Positions 1-7,933 of a stretch of 52,598 nucleotides of DNA are shown here, piece after piece. Source of the DNA: a virus (lineage: Duplodnaviria; Caudoviricetes); the IMG/VR virus record IMGVR_UViG_3300036715_002741, positions 1 to 52,598 of that record. One strand, written 5' to 3'. Within the stretch, counting starts at the first letter, position 1. The number at the start of each line of letters is the position of its first letter. Below the pieces are notes generated by a model, which had not been told where the DNA came from, made no database searches, and saw only the letters and a program-made list of their open reading frames with translations. Both the position numbers and the translations under genes were made by a program.

Positions 1-73
1 AATCCAGTTTGTTTGTGATGTTTAAGTATTGTCATTATTTTATGACTCTATATCTATTCATGGACTCCACCCT
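1..73. repeat. Terminal direct repeat, left copy (circular overlap or terminal redundancy)
   Basis: 1-73 matches 52526-52598 except T32/G52557 and A45/C52570. Confidence 0.9.
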
Positions 74-250
74 AAACTGTTCATATTTCGCGTCAAAATC
101 GTATTTATCTTCATCAATTTCGTTTAACATTATCAATGCGAAAAAGAAAGGTTGAGGATTAGGGTTTGCGAATGTATCAACCAGCCTCCAATCATCCTTG
201 ATAAAACAATTTAAAATAAAAGTATTTCCTTCAATAAGCTCGTATCTCAT
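35..250 (-). CDS. Hypothetical protein; upstream of the replication initiator on the circle
   Basis: 71-aa ORF with GGAGG RBS; its stop overlaps the initiator ATG across the junction. Confidence 0.65.
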   Translation of the reverse strand: MRYELIEGNTFILNCFIKDDWRLVDTFANPNPQPFFFALIMLNEIDEDKYDFDAKYEQFRVESMNRYRVIK

Positions 251-262
251 ATTATTTCCTCC

Positions 263-373
263 AAATAAAAAAGCCCTTAACGATTGGTCGGAATTTTGGT
301 AGGACTGCGTATGCGTGCAGCTCGACCAATCGTTAAAGGCTCAATTGCATACTTTGTGCGGCTACCAAACCGC
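263..373 (-). ncRNA. Structured leader/antisense-type RNA (c4/CI-like architecture) ending in a terminator-like hairpin
   Basis: Hairpin GCGG-TTTGGTAG-CCGC (373-358); 19-bp stem 341-323/290-272 enclosing CTACCAAA, complementary to the first loop; U-tract follows; the one stem mismatch is G-U on the minus strand. Confidence 0.55.
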
Positions 374-388
374 ATTTTACTAAACTAC

Positions 389-416
389 ATTATACCACTT
401 TAACGCTATGATTCAA
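389..416 (-). promoter_or_regulatory. Sigma70-type promoter for the structured RNA
   Basis: TTGAAT-16nt-TATAAT with extended TGn. Confidence 0.55.
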
Positions 417-722
417 GTTTAGATCAGGCGATATTCTCCTTCCTCTTTGCATGATATAGAACAAATTAAAACCATATAAAACAAATTTAATTCCTCTCCA
501 CCTCAGCTTCTTTTTTGTAATTTGTCCTTTTATTTTAGGAACAGCATTAAGTCGCACCCATTGTTCTATAAATTTTTCCTTAGCAGCTTCTTGATAGTAT
601 ATAAACTGGCTCATTTCCTGATGGACTCTCCGCATCTGATGACTAATGATAGCGTTAATATCGCATATTTCAAACATAAGATCATTTTCACTCATTATTT
701 CCTCATAATCATCTGTTTTCAT
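390..722 (-). CDS. Hypothetical phage protein
   Basis: 110-aa ORF, GGAGG RBS, basic C-terminus. Confidence 0.65.
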   Translation of the reverse strand: MKTDDYEEIMSENDLMFEICDINAIISHQMRRVHQEMSQFIYYQEAAKEKFIEQWVRLNAVPKIKGQITKKKLRWRGIKFVLYGFNLFYIMQRGRRISPDLNLNHSVKVV

Positions 723-803
723 AACCCCTCCAATTGTAAATTAGTCACCTATAACAACTCCAAATAGCCCTCGCTATCTATCGTTACTCGCTTAAAAGAT
801 ATC

Positions 804-1010
804 CTATAAAACCCCATACTTATCAACACGAGCTTTTATGTCCAATAACGCCTGATATCTTGTTCTAGTTATAGGTATTTTTTTATATATATCGCTATTA
901 AAACTTTTTTCAGCCAAAACATGCTTGTGTAAAATAGGAAAATTATTTACTTCATAAAAAATTGACGCAGAACCTAGCAATTGCTTGTATTCTTTAGAGC
1001 TTATCCACAT
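804..1010 (-). CDS. Hypothetical protein
   Basis: Tightly packed in the leftward operon. Confidence 0.55.
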   Translation of the reverse strand: MWISSKEYKQLLGSASIFYEVNNFPILHKHVLAEKSFNSDIYKKIPITRTRYQALLDIKARVDKYGVL

Positions 1011-1011
1011 A

Positions 1012-1221
1012 TTATTTACCGCTCATTTTGCTGTGCTTTAGCAGATGCTCAACCCCAATCATTATAAGCGACGATAACTTGTTGAAAATTTCTGCATCCT
1101 TAGAAAAGGATAAAGATTTGCAATCTATGGTATAAGACCCAGAGTACATTCCATCTTTAAACTTTGGTATAACAACAATATCATCATAATTTAAATCTTT
1201 ATGTTGAGATGCATAGTTCAT
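1012..1221 (-). CDS. Hypothetical protein
   Basis: ATGA overlap with the upstream gene. Confidence 0.6.
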   Translation of the reverse strand: MNYASQHKDLNYDDIVVIPKFKDGMYSGSYTIDCKSLSFSKDAEIFNKLSSLIMIGVEHLLKHSKMSGK

Positions 1222-1472
1222 TTTTTCACCATTACGCTAGTTGATGATGAGGAGGCGCTAGGCGCTGTAGATGGTTCTGCGGGAGCCTTACGAGCAAAAA
1301 AACCATGCCTGCTGGATATAGTTAAAGTTAAATCTATCCTGTCCAGAGAAATCGATGGGTCTTTGCTTTCTATCACTACAGATATTTTGCTTGCCGAACT
1401 TTCCTCTATAACAGTCTCTTTGGTCGACGCAACTGCTATAGTTTTAGGTTCTACAGTTTTGTTTCTTCTCAC
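1218..1472 (-). CDS. Hypothetical Ser-rich protein
   Basis: 84 aa, coupled to neighbours; C-terminal SRHGFFA plus Ser/Pro-rich tail. Confidence 0.55.
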   Translation of the reverse strand: MRRNKTVEPKTIAVASTKETVIEESSASKISVVIESKDPSISLDRIDLTLTISSRHGFFARKAPAEPSTAPSASSSSTSVMVKK

Positions 1473-1473
1473 T

Positions 1474-1908
1474 TTATGCTCCTATTTTTGGGTTATGTTC
1501 AAATTCTAATGAAAACCTAGGCGATTCCTTCGGTTTTGGCAGCAACTCATCAATTTTGCTAGCAAATAAGCTATGGCAACTCTTGCCTATGCCTTCAAAT
1601 TTACCGGTCAATACGCAAACTATGGAATGCCACAAAATCTCTCCAAAAGAGTTATTACACATTGTATGCTTCGCCTTGTTGTTACTCATAAAATTAGCGA
1701 TATTAGAAAGCTTATGCTGAGGCTGTAAAGCATGGTCACCAGCTAGCCTCACCATATAAGTAGCGATGCTCTCGGGACTATCATAAAGTGCATCGTATGG
1801 CATGATAGAACCCATAGCCTCATCTTGTGGATTGGTGTATAAAGGATGCTCTGCCAAATATGCTTCACATAGCTCTTTTATCTTTTGTATTTTTTCAATA
1901 TCGTTCAT
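1474..1908 (-). CDS. Hypothetical protein
   Basis: 144-aa ORF, GGGAG RBS, ATGA overlap. Confidence 0.65.
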   Translation of the reverse strand: MNDIEKIQKIKELCEAYLAEHPLYTNPQDEAMGSIMPYDALYDSPESIATYMVRLAGDHALQPQHKLSNIANFMSNNKAKHTMCNNSFGEILWHSIVCVLTGKFEGIGKSCHSLFASKIDELLPKPKESPRFSLEFEHNPKIGA

Positions 1909-2093
1909 AAAACATCTCTCCCAAAAATTGTTTTTAATACCCCAGCAAGCGAGGCCTTAATGAGATTATCTTCTGCTTTCGCGTAAAAATATAAAACAAT
2001 CCTTTCTATGCTGATAAACATTACTAGCATCCCGCATGTAAATGCTAACAAAAATACAACAATTAGCAACAACATTAAAGTCCAATCACTCAT
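1905..2093 (-). CDS. Small membrane protein
   Basis: Likely start MSDWTLMLLLIVVFLLAF at 2093; one hydrophobic helix. Confidence 0.6.
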   Translation of the reverse strand: MSDWTLMLLLIVVFLLAFTCGMLVMFISIERIVLYFYAKAEDNLIKASLAGVLKTIFGRDVL

Positions 2094-2613
2094 TGCTAAA
2101 CCTCTTGATTGGTTCGATTTTTTTGATGGTTGCATCAGACACCAACATGACACTCGGGACAGGAAGTCCAAAGCCATATATCTGTACAAAATAAAGCTTC
2201 CCATATTGACGGACAGAATCAAGCAATCCTATAAATTCATGTCCTTCAGAATGAAAAACATGATACCAATTTCCACCGATAAGTTCTTCTTGTTTGTGGG
2301 GTTCACCAAGCTCGAGCTTATTAAGCTCATTGTAGAAGGATTGATCATCAATTATCGTTAGTTCATTTTTTATTAATGAGCTGCTATCCAATGACTTCAT
2401 TTTATCCTCTAGCCTAGCAATCCTAGCTTGTAGCTCGTCAATGTCGTAGTTTTCTTGTGCTTTAGCGTTATGAGCATCTATAAGCATATCAACTTTGTCT
2501 CCAATGAACTTTGCAATCATAGTAGGGTAGGGATAACCTCCATTCACCCGAACAGTGTCTACGCTCTCAACGTGTATCCTAAGATTTTCAATCTTTTCGA
2601 TTTTATTTGTCAT
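2086..2613 (-). CDS. Hypothetical coiled-coil protein (paralog of 35670-36407)
   Basis: 175 aa; MTNKIEK...IGDKVDMLIDAH motif. Confidence 0.65.
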   Translation of the reverse strand: MTNKIEKIENLRIHVESVDTVRVNGGYPYPTMIAKFIGDKVDMLIDAHNAKAQENYDIDELQARIARLEDKMKSLDSSSLIKNELTIIDDQSFYNELNKLELGEPHKQEELIGGNWYHVFHSEGHEFIGLLDSVRQYGKLYFVQIYGFGLPVPSVMLVSDATIKKIEPIKRFSNE

Positions 2614-2840
2614 TTTTTCACCTTTAGTTTTTCCAATTTCTTGATCGCCGCATTAACGATAGCAACATCTTTTATAACTTTAGCAGCAAAACTCTCTACT
2701 ACTACATTGATCTGCTTGTCGCTCACGTCTTTCGCTCTACATATAAGAGTATGTACATGCTGTCTTGAGCAACCCAACCATATAGATATTTGCTTTTCTG
2801 TCATACCTGACAACTTTTTAAACTCAAACAGTCTGTTCAT
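2610..2840 (-). CDS. Cro/XRE-like helix-turn-helix regulator
   Basis: GMTEKQISIWLGCSRQHVH HTH pattern; first gene behind the leftward promoter. Confidence 0.6.
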   Translation of the reverse strand: MNRLFEFKKLSGMTEKQISIWLGCSRQHVHTLICRAKDVSDKQINVVVESFAAKVIKDVAIVNAAIKKLEKLKVKK

Positions 2841-2871
2841 TTGTTAATTCTCGATTTGTTATTATGGTTGC

Positions 2872-2900
2872 ATAGTAACACTTTATAGGTATAATGTCAA
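2872..2900 (-). promoter_or_regulatory. Leftward early sigma70 promoter
   Basis: TTGACA-17nt-TACTAT with TGn extension. Confidence 0.7.
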
Positions 2901-2934
2901 CTAACTTGCAAACTACAAAGATGCAACTTGCAAC

Positions 2935-2963
2935 TTGACAATCTGTAATCGCTCTGTTATACT
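2935..2963 (+). promoter_or_regulatory. Rightward early sigma70 promoter
   Basis: TTGACA-17nt-TATACT with TGn extension; AACTTG(C/A) repeats upstream. Confidence 0.75.
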
Positions 2964-3108
2964 TCGCTTCATGATTGATTACGTCTTGATTGCACGGGTT
3001 AATCATAAAGTAGTAGCGGTAACCAGTGAAATAGTGCTTAGAATATAAAGATGTTTCTAATGCAAAGTAGCTGCATCGTTTTACCGGTGTCGGCAAGACG
3101 ATTGTAAT

Positions 3109-3180
3109 GCGAGCTGTAGCTTAATGGTAGAGTCCAGCTTTTGGGCTGGAGGTTGGGGGTTCGATTCCTCCCGGCTCGCA
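3109..3180 (+). tRNA. tRNA-like element with a non-canonical anticodon arm (Gln-TTG/Pro-TGG-like; possibly a pseudo-tRNA)
   Basis: Acceptor GCGAGCTG/CGGCTCGC; D arm GCTT-AATGGTA-GAGT; CCAGC/GCTGG stem with 6-nt loop TTTTGG; T arm GGGGG-TTCGATT-CCTCC; no CCA. Confidence 0.6.
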
Positions 3181-3292
3181 CTTAATAAGCGCATTGTAGA
3201 AGGATTGGCGATAATAACTACAAATTGAATCAGAACAAAAAAAGTCGATTCTTCTATAATGCGCTTTATCAAAAAACTAACAAGAGGAAATT

Positions 3293-3595
3293 ATGAAAGA
3301 AATTATTGTAGATGGCGTATCATTTGTAGAAAAACATAGCGAAAGCCCTATAAAAATAGTTATATTGCAACGTGCATGGAATTTTGTAGGGAGATTTGAA
3401 AGAACTGGGAATGACTGCAAATTAACGAATGCGTATGTGATCAGACGCTGGGGGACTTCTGAGGGATTGGGGCAGCTCGCCAAAGAAGGAAAACTTAGTG
3501 GAACTATACTTGACTTCGCTGGGGTAGTTGAATTTGACTATCTTACCATTGTTGCAACAATAAATTGTGATGAAGAAAAATGGACACAAATATAA
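3293..3595 (+). CDS. Conserved phage protein (DUF6948-like) typically adjacent to Gly-rich repeat proteins
   Basis: IRRWGTSEGLGQLAKEG motif; GAGG RBS. Confidence 0.6.
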   Translation: MKEIIVDGVSFVEKHSESPIKIVILQRAWNFVGRFERTGNDCKLTNAYVIRRWGTSEGLGQLAKEGKLSGTILDFAGVVEFDYLTIVATINCDEEKWTQI

Positions 3596-3984
3596 AAAGA
3601 ACGATAAATTTTACAGAAAATCAAACGTCTTACGGTAACGGTAACGGTAACGGTGACGGTGACGGTGACGGTAACGGTGACGGTAACGGTGACGGTGACG
3701 GTTGCGGTGACGGTTACGGTAACGGTGACGGTTACGGTAACGGTTACGGTAACGGTTACGGTAACGGTAACGGTGACGGTTGCGGTGACGGTTACGGTAA
3801 CGGTGACGGTTACGGTAACGGTTACGGTAACGGTTACGGTAACGGTGACGGTGACCGTAACGGTGACGGTTACGGTAACGGTTACGGTGACGGTGACGGT
3901 AACGGTGACGGTTGCGGTGACGGTTACGGTGACGGTAACGGTGACGGTAACGGTGACGGTGACCGTAACGGTGACGGTTATTAA
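3580..3984 (+). CDS. Gly-X repeat protein (GDGYGNG)n
   Basis: ATG start overlapping the upstream gene; about 58 Gly-X dipeptides. Confidence 0.6.
   Translation: MDTNIKRTINFTENQTSYGNGNGNGDGDGDGNGDGNGDGDGCGDGYGNGDGYGNGYGNGYGNGNGDGCGDGYGNGDGYGNGYGNGYGNGDGDRNGDGYGNGYGDGDGNGDGCGDGYGDGNGDGNGDGDRNGDGY
3631..3981. repeat. Tandem hexamer array GGT(G/A/T)AC with a ~78-bp higher-order unit
   Basis: Visible directly; for example 3694-3771 is nearly repeated at 3772-3849. Confidence 0.95.
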
Positions 3985-4002
3985 CATTTAATAGGAGGCT
4001 TT

Positions 4003-4362
4003 ATGGGTAAAGATGCTTATTTATCAGAGTTAAGATTTTGCGCTAATTCATTAACGGAGTTTAATGAACTTTCAGCCACAGATTATTTTGATATAGGGTG
4101 TGAATATATTTCTAAAGGATATGCAGAAGATGTATTTATTGAGTGGTGTAAAGATGGTGATTTTTTAGCTTGCATGGTTCCGCTACTGACAAAAGCATCT
4201 GTTTGGCCTGGAGCTGAAAATAAGCTTGCGATAAATGAAGAATTTCGGAGGCAAGTTATAGTGTTTACCAGTAATAATTCAGACATAGAAAAAGATTACG
4301 ACGATATTTTATCGGAAATTATAAACTATCGTGAAATTAACGGAAACGAGGAAGACTTATAA
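4003..4362 (+). CDS. Hypothetical acidic protein
   Basis: AGGAGG RBS; 119 aa. Confidence 0.7.
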   Translation: MGKDAYLSELRFCANSLTEFNELSATDYFDIGCEYISKGYAEDVFIEWCKDGDFLACMVPLLTKASVWPGAENKLAINEEFRRQVIVFTSNNSDIEKDYDDILSEIINYREINGNEEDL

Positions 4363-4748
4363 TGTGTACGCTTAAAATATTTGACAAGATTGCTAATCGA
4401 GTTAGACCAATAAACATACCATCTAACATTAAAACGGATATTGCGCCGCACATCCTTAAAGCATATATCGATGAAATTATGTTTATAAAACAAGTTGATG
4501 AAGAGATCGGTGTTAGAGTTAATGCAACAGAAGAGATTGCAAGGCTTATTTGCTCGATGCCATGCTTTGGCGGCACAAGTGATGAGGTGGAAATTTTATC
4601 GGGCAAGGATGACGTTTTAAGGATGTCTACGACAGGAGAGCATTATTACCAAAAAAGGATAACCAATAAACATGAAGTGATAGGGTGGGTAAGTTGGTTT
4701 CGCAAGATGTTAAACAATAGAAAACAAAGAGAGGAAAGCAAACAATGA
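4362..4748 (+). CDS. Hypothetical protein
   Basis: TAATG coupling; 128 aa. Confidence 0.65.
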   Translation: MCTLKIFDKIANRVRPINIPSNIKTDIAPHILKAYIDEIMFIKQVDEEIGVRVNATEEIARLICSMPCFGGTSDEVEILSGKDDVLRMSTTGEHYYQKRITNKHEVIGWVSWFRKMLNNRKQREESKQ

Positions 4749-5533
4749 GTAATGAAATTATAGCCATACAAGAACCACAAAAACAAATGACTATGTCACA
4801 GATAAAAGACATGGTTATCCTTGTCAACCAAGCATTAAAAGAAATAATGCAACCAAATGTACACTATGGAGTAATTCCAGGATGCGGGAGTAAACCAACT
4901 CTGTTGAAACCAGGAACTGAAAAACTTTGTTTGTTGTTTAGACTTTCACCTACATTTGAAATAATTGCTAGAAATTTAGAAGAAAATCATAGAGAGTATG
5001 AAATTATAACCACTCTTAGGCATATAAATACGGGGGAAGTATGGGCGCAGGGAGTTGGATGTTGCTCAACCAAAGAAACTAAATATGCTAAGCGCAAAGA
5101 TGGTTCGCCAAGCCCAAATCCAATAGATGTTTATAATACTGTTCTTAAGATGGCCAAGAAGAGAAGCCAAACAGATGCAGTATTAACGGCCACAGGGGCG
5201 AGCGACATATTTACGCAGGATATAAAGGATTTGGTAGACAATGGGGTTATTCAGCCAAAGCAAGAGCCGCAAAAACAAACTGTTAAACCAAAGCAAGAGC
5301 AAAAGCCGTTAGAGAAGTTTTCAGAATTGCAACCAGTTCATCAGAAGAAATTAGATGAGCTATGCGAGAAGATGGTTAAATGTGTTAATGATGTGGAACT
5401 GGATGATGTTTATGGTAAGGCTCAAGATATTTTTGAGACCAGCACAAGTCTAACCGATGGATGCATAAAAACAACTCTGGATGCTTTAAAATGCATTTAC
5501 GAAGATAGTTACAAAACACTAAACAAAAAATAG
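4745..5533 (+). CDS. Putative single-strand annealing/recombination protein
   Basis: HYGVIPG..KPTLLKPG.EK and NTVLKMAKKR..DA....SDIFTQD motifs; lies before an SSB-like gene. Confidence 0.55.
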   Translation: MSNEIIAIQEPQKQMTMSQIKDMVILVNQALKEIMQPNVHYGVIPGCGSKPTLLKPGTEKLCLLFRLSPTFEIIARNLEENHREYEIITTLRHINTGEVWAQGVGCCSTKETKYAKRKDGSPSPNPIDVYNTVLKMAKKRSQTDAVLTATGASDIFTQDIKDLVDNGVIQPKQEPQKQTVKPKQEQKPLEKFSELQPVHQKKLDELCEKMVKCVNDVELDDVYGKAQDIFETSTSLTDGCIKTTLDALKCIYEDSYKTLNKK

Positions 5534-5542
5534 GAGAACGAA

Positions 5543-5983
5543 ATGAGAATAGACGAATTAAAACCATATAATCCAAACTACGACGCAAGGAGTGATGAGC
5601 CAAAGGAGGAAGAAAAAAAGTTAATAGAAGGTAGATACACGGGGAAAGTTACTTTTATCAAGCACTATCCTTTGGATTTGAATGGTGATGAGTCTGAATT
5701 GTTTATTTTAACCGTTTTAGATGGTGAATTTAAGAATTCAAAGGCTTTTTTGAGAGTATATATTGCAAAAGGAACTAATCAGTGGATGATAAAAAACAGC
5801 CAAAACTTGCTATCAGGTCTTAAAGAATGCAGCGGAAATTCTGGGGCTGAAAGCAGCGATGATCTTCTAAATGCAATTGTTGATTTTGATATAGTTAATA
5901 GTAAAGATGGAAAATACCAAAATATAACTAGGTTCTATGAATCTACGCAGCAAGAATTTACTGCTGACGAAATACCATTTTAA
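5543..5983 (+). CDS. ssDNA-binding protein (DUF669-like)
   Basis: EGRY N-terminal motif; acidic SSB-type tail ADEIPF. Confidence 0.6.
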   Translation: MRIDELKPYNPNYDARSDEPKEEEKKLIEGRYTGKVTFIKHYPLDLNGDESELFILTVLDGEFKNSKAFLRVYIAKGTNQWMIKNSQNLLSGLKECSGNSGAESSDDLLNAIVDFDIVNSKDGKYQNITRFYESTQQEFTADEIPF

Positions 5984-6001
5984 TCAAGTAGTTTAATAAC
6001 A

Positions 6002-6040
6002 GCGTACTTTAATTATTTCATCCGTTTAGTTAAAGTACGC
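6002..6040. terminator. Hairpin between the SSB gene and csrA
   Basis: GCGTACTTTAATTA ... TAGTTAAAGTACGC inverted repeat; no U-tract on the + strand. Confidence 0.4.
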
Positions 6041-6069
6041 ACCTAAAAATGTAATAAAGGAGAAGCAAA

Positions 6070-6273
6070 ATGTTAATACTTACAAGGCATGAAGGAGAAG
6101 AAATAATAATCGGACATAACTCAGAAGTAAAAATAGTAATAATCAGAACTGACAGAGGAGTAGTTAAAATAGGGTTGCAAGCTAATGAATCTATCCCAAT
6201 TCACCGAGGGGAAATTTACCAAAAGATACAGGAGAGCAAAGCAAAGAATAATGGGGAACCTGGTTATGGTTAA
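6070..6273 (+). CDS. csrA: Carbon storage regulator CsrA/RsmA family RNA-binding protein
   Basis: MLILTRHEGEEIIIG...VKIG..A..SIPIHRGEIYQKIQ matches the CsrA pattern. Confidence 0.9.
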   Translation: MLILTRHEGEEIIIGHNSEVKIVIIRTDRGVVKIGLQANESIPIHRGEIYQKIQESKAKNNGEPGYG

Positions 6274-6299
6274 AATATCAAACAAACAAGCGGGATATT

Positions 6300-6899
6300 A
6301 TGCAGACAAAAAAAACAAAGAATCAAGGTAAACAGTTCGAGCAAGACTTCAAAAACAGCGTTCCTGGAGGGGTTAACTATTATAGGCTACGTGACAGTGG
6401 CCTGTCGCTTAGGAAGGCAATTAAGTGCCCTAAATGCCGCCATATGATAACTCCAGATGTGTTGATGAAGTTGTTGGGGATAAGGTTTACCAATAGAAAC
6501 ATCGCAGATTGTATATTAATGGATGGAAAAGTCAGCTGTTTTTTGGAGCTTAAAAGTTATAGCGGGAAAAGTGTTTCAACAAAGCCTATTATTGCCGTTA
6601 AAAAAGAGGGCTCAAAAAAAGCTATTTTTGATAAACTTGCGGAACTTGTAAAAGCTTCTTTTGTTCCTAATGTCGCGGCTGGTTATATCTTTAATATGCG
6701 TGATTGCGACAACCAAACATATTATTTAACGGCTAAACAGGTTGATTATTTTATTACCTATTACACCAGGAAATCAATACCAATTTCTTTTATGCAAGAC
6801 CATGGGGTACCGATACTTAGCCAAAAGAAAAAGGTACATTATACTTACGATATACCAAGATTTTTAAAAGAAGCTCATGTTAGCACATATGGGCAATAG
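6300..6899 (+). CDS. RecU-like Holliday junction resolvase (PD-(D/E)xK) with CxxC insertion
   Basis: GKQFEQDF, YYRLRD, ADCIL, LELKS, KSI motifs; KCPKC insert. Confidence 0.65.
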   Translation: MQTKKTKNQGKQFEQDFKNSVPGGVNYYRLRDSGLSLRKAIKCPKCRHMITPDVLMKLLGIRFTNRNIADCILMDGKVSCFLELKSYSGKSVSTKPIIAVKKEGSKKAIFDKLAELVKASFVPNVAAGYIFNMRDCDNQTYYLTAKQVDYFITYYTRKSIPISFMQDHGVPILSQKKKVHYTYDIPRFLKEAHVSTYGQ

Positions 6900-6928
6900 A
6901 ATTTTAATTTTATATTTACAGGTGGGTT

Positions 6929-7201
6929 ATGGGTGATTTATTTTGCAGTTATGAACTATCTAAAACAATATTATCATTGGGTGGTACTTTTTTCCATGAA
7001 TTTTGGTTTTATGTTGATGGAGAATTAACGGCCGACATGGGAAAAATACTTGATCAAAACAATAAGATTGTCGCAAATATAGTACCAGCATATAGACTAA
7101 GAGAAATATCATCTACAATTAAATGTTTGATAGATGAAAATCTAAGCCCAGACGATGCAGCTAAATATTTGATAGAACTTTTGTTAACAATAAAAAAATA
7201 G
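6929..7201 (+). CDS. Hypothetical protein
   Basis: SYELSK...PAY.L.EI motif; RBS present. Confidence 0.6.
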   Translation: MGDLFCSYELSKTILSLGGTFFHEFWFYVDGELTADMGKILDQNNKIVANIVPAYRLREISSTIKCLIDENLSPDDAAKYLIELLLTIKK

Positions 7202-7212
7202 GAGGCAAACTA

Positions 7213-7524
7213 ATGCCATTTGAAACATTACCATTGCAAACGAGAATCAATATAATTGAACATAGATTATCATTGATGAATTCGAAAGAAAGGCGTCATC
7301 AACACAAAAGCGAAGCATTGCAAGTAGCAAATGCTTCTTTTTCGCTGCTTAAATACGTTATGAAAATTAATCAACAAGTAGAAAATGCAGAGGTAATACC
7401 ACTGTTTTCCACCAATATTAACATGATAAAAATTGTTGTTGAACTTGCGGAAAAACAAGTTAATTGTTTTGAAATTGGTAGAAATTTACCTAATGTACCC
7501 AAGGGTGGCTCTTATGGAAGATAA
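7213..7524 (+). CDS. Hypothetical protein
   Basis: AGGAGG RBS; 103 aa. Confidence 0.65.
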   Translation: MPFETLPLQTRINIIEHRLSLMNSKERRHQHKSEALQVANASFSLLKYVMKINQQVENAEVIPLFSTNINMIKIVVELAEKQVNCFEIGRNLPNVPKGGSYGR

Positions 7525-7933
7525 TCCATGTATAGCGTCGAAATTATGCATTTCCGCCTTGTTACAAATAAAGGATGAACTAAGAAATCACCTAATAATA
7601 GAGCCTCAAAGCTCCAATATAATCAACCCTTTTGACGCATCGATAGAAGGAGATGCAGTTGCTAGATTCGAAAATACAGTGTTCGAAGTGTTACAATACG
7701 ATGTGAGCAAAGAGATGGATGCACAAACCAATAAGTACAACTTTAAATACAATGACTTAGAGTTCTCATGGTATTATTCCCTGTGCTCTATCAGCAATAT
7801 TTGCTGGTGTAATAAAAAACTTCACAACGATGAAATTGAAACAATGCTTGAGGAATGCGTGGAATCACTTGCAACGCGTGTAACCACTTGCCATGTAGCT
7901 CATGTTATCAATTTTTCTTGCTGCCTAGGATAA
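7514..7933 (+). CDS. Hypothetical protein
   Basis: Likely start MEDNPC at 7514 within ORF 7433-7933. Confidence 0.5.
   Translation: MEDNPCIASKLCISALLQIKDELRNHLIIEPQSSNIINPFDASIEGDAVARFENTVFEVLQYDVSKEMDAQTNKYNFKYNDLEFSWYYSLCSISNICWCNKKLHNDEIETMLEECVESLATRVTTCHVAHVINFSCCLG

Noticed and set aside
3109-3180. tRNA-like element as attP
   Set aside because: No integrase recognised and no host sequence available to compare; cannot be supported.
3538-3991. Poly-(Val-Thr) ORFs on both strands, and the idea of a CRISPR array
   Set aside because: These frames are open only because the hexamer repeat has no stops; there are no unique spacers or cas genes. The Gly-X frame has a proper coupled ATG.
6002-6040. 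CsrA autoregulatory GGA-loop hairpin
   Set aside because: The ACGGAUG loop motif reads on the minus strand, not on the csrA mRNA.
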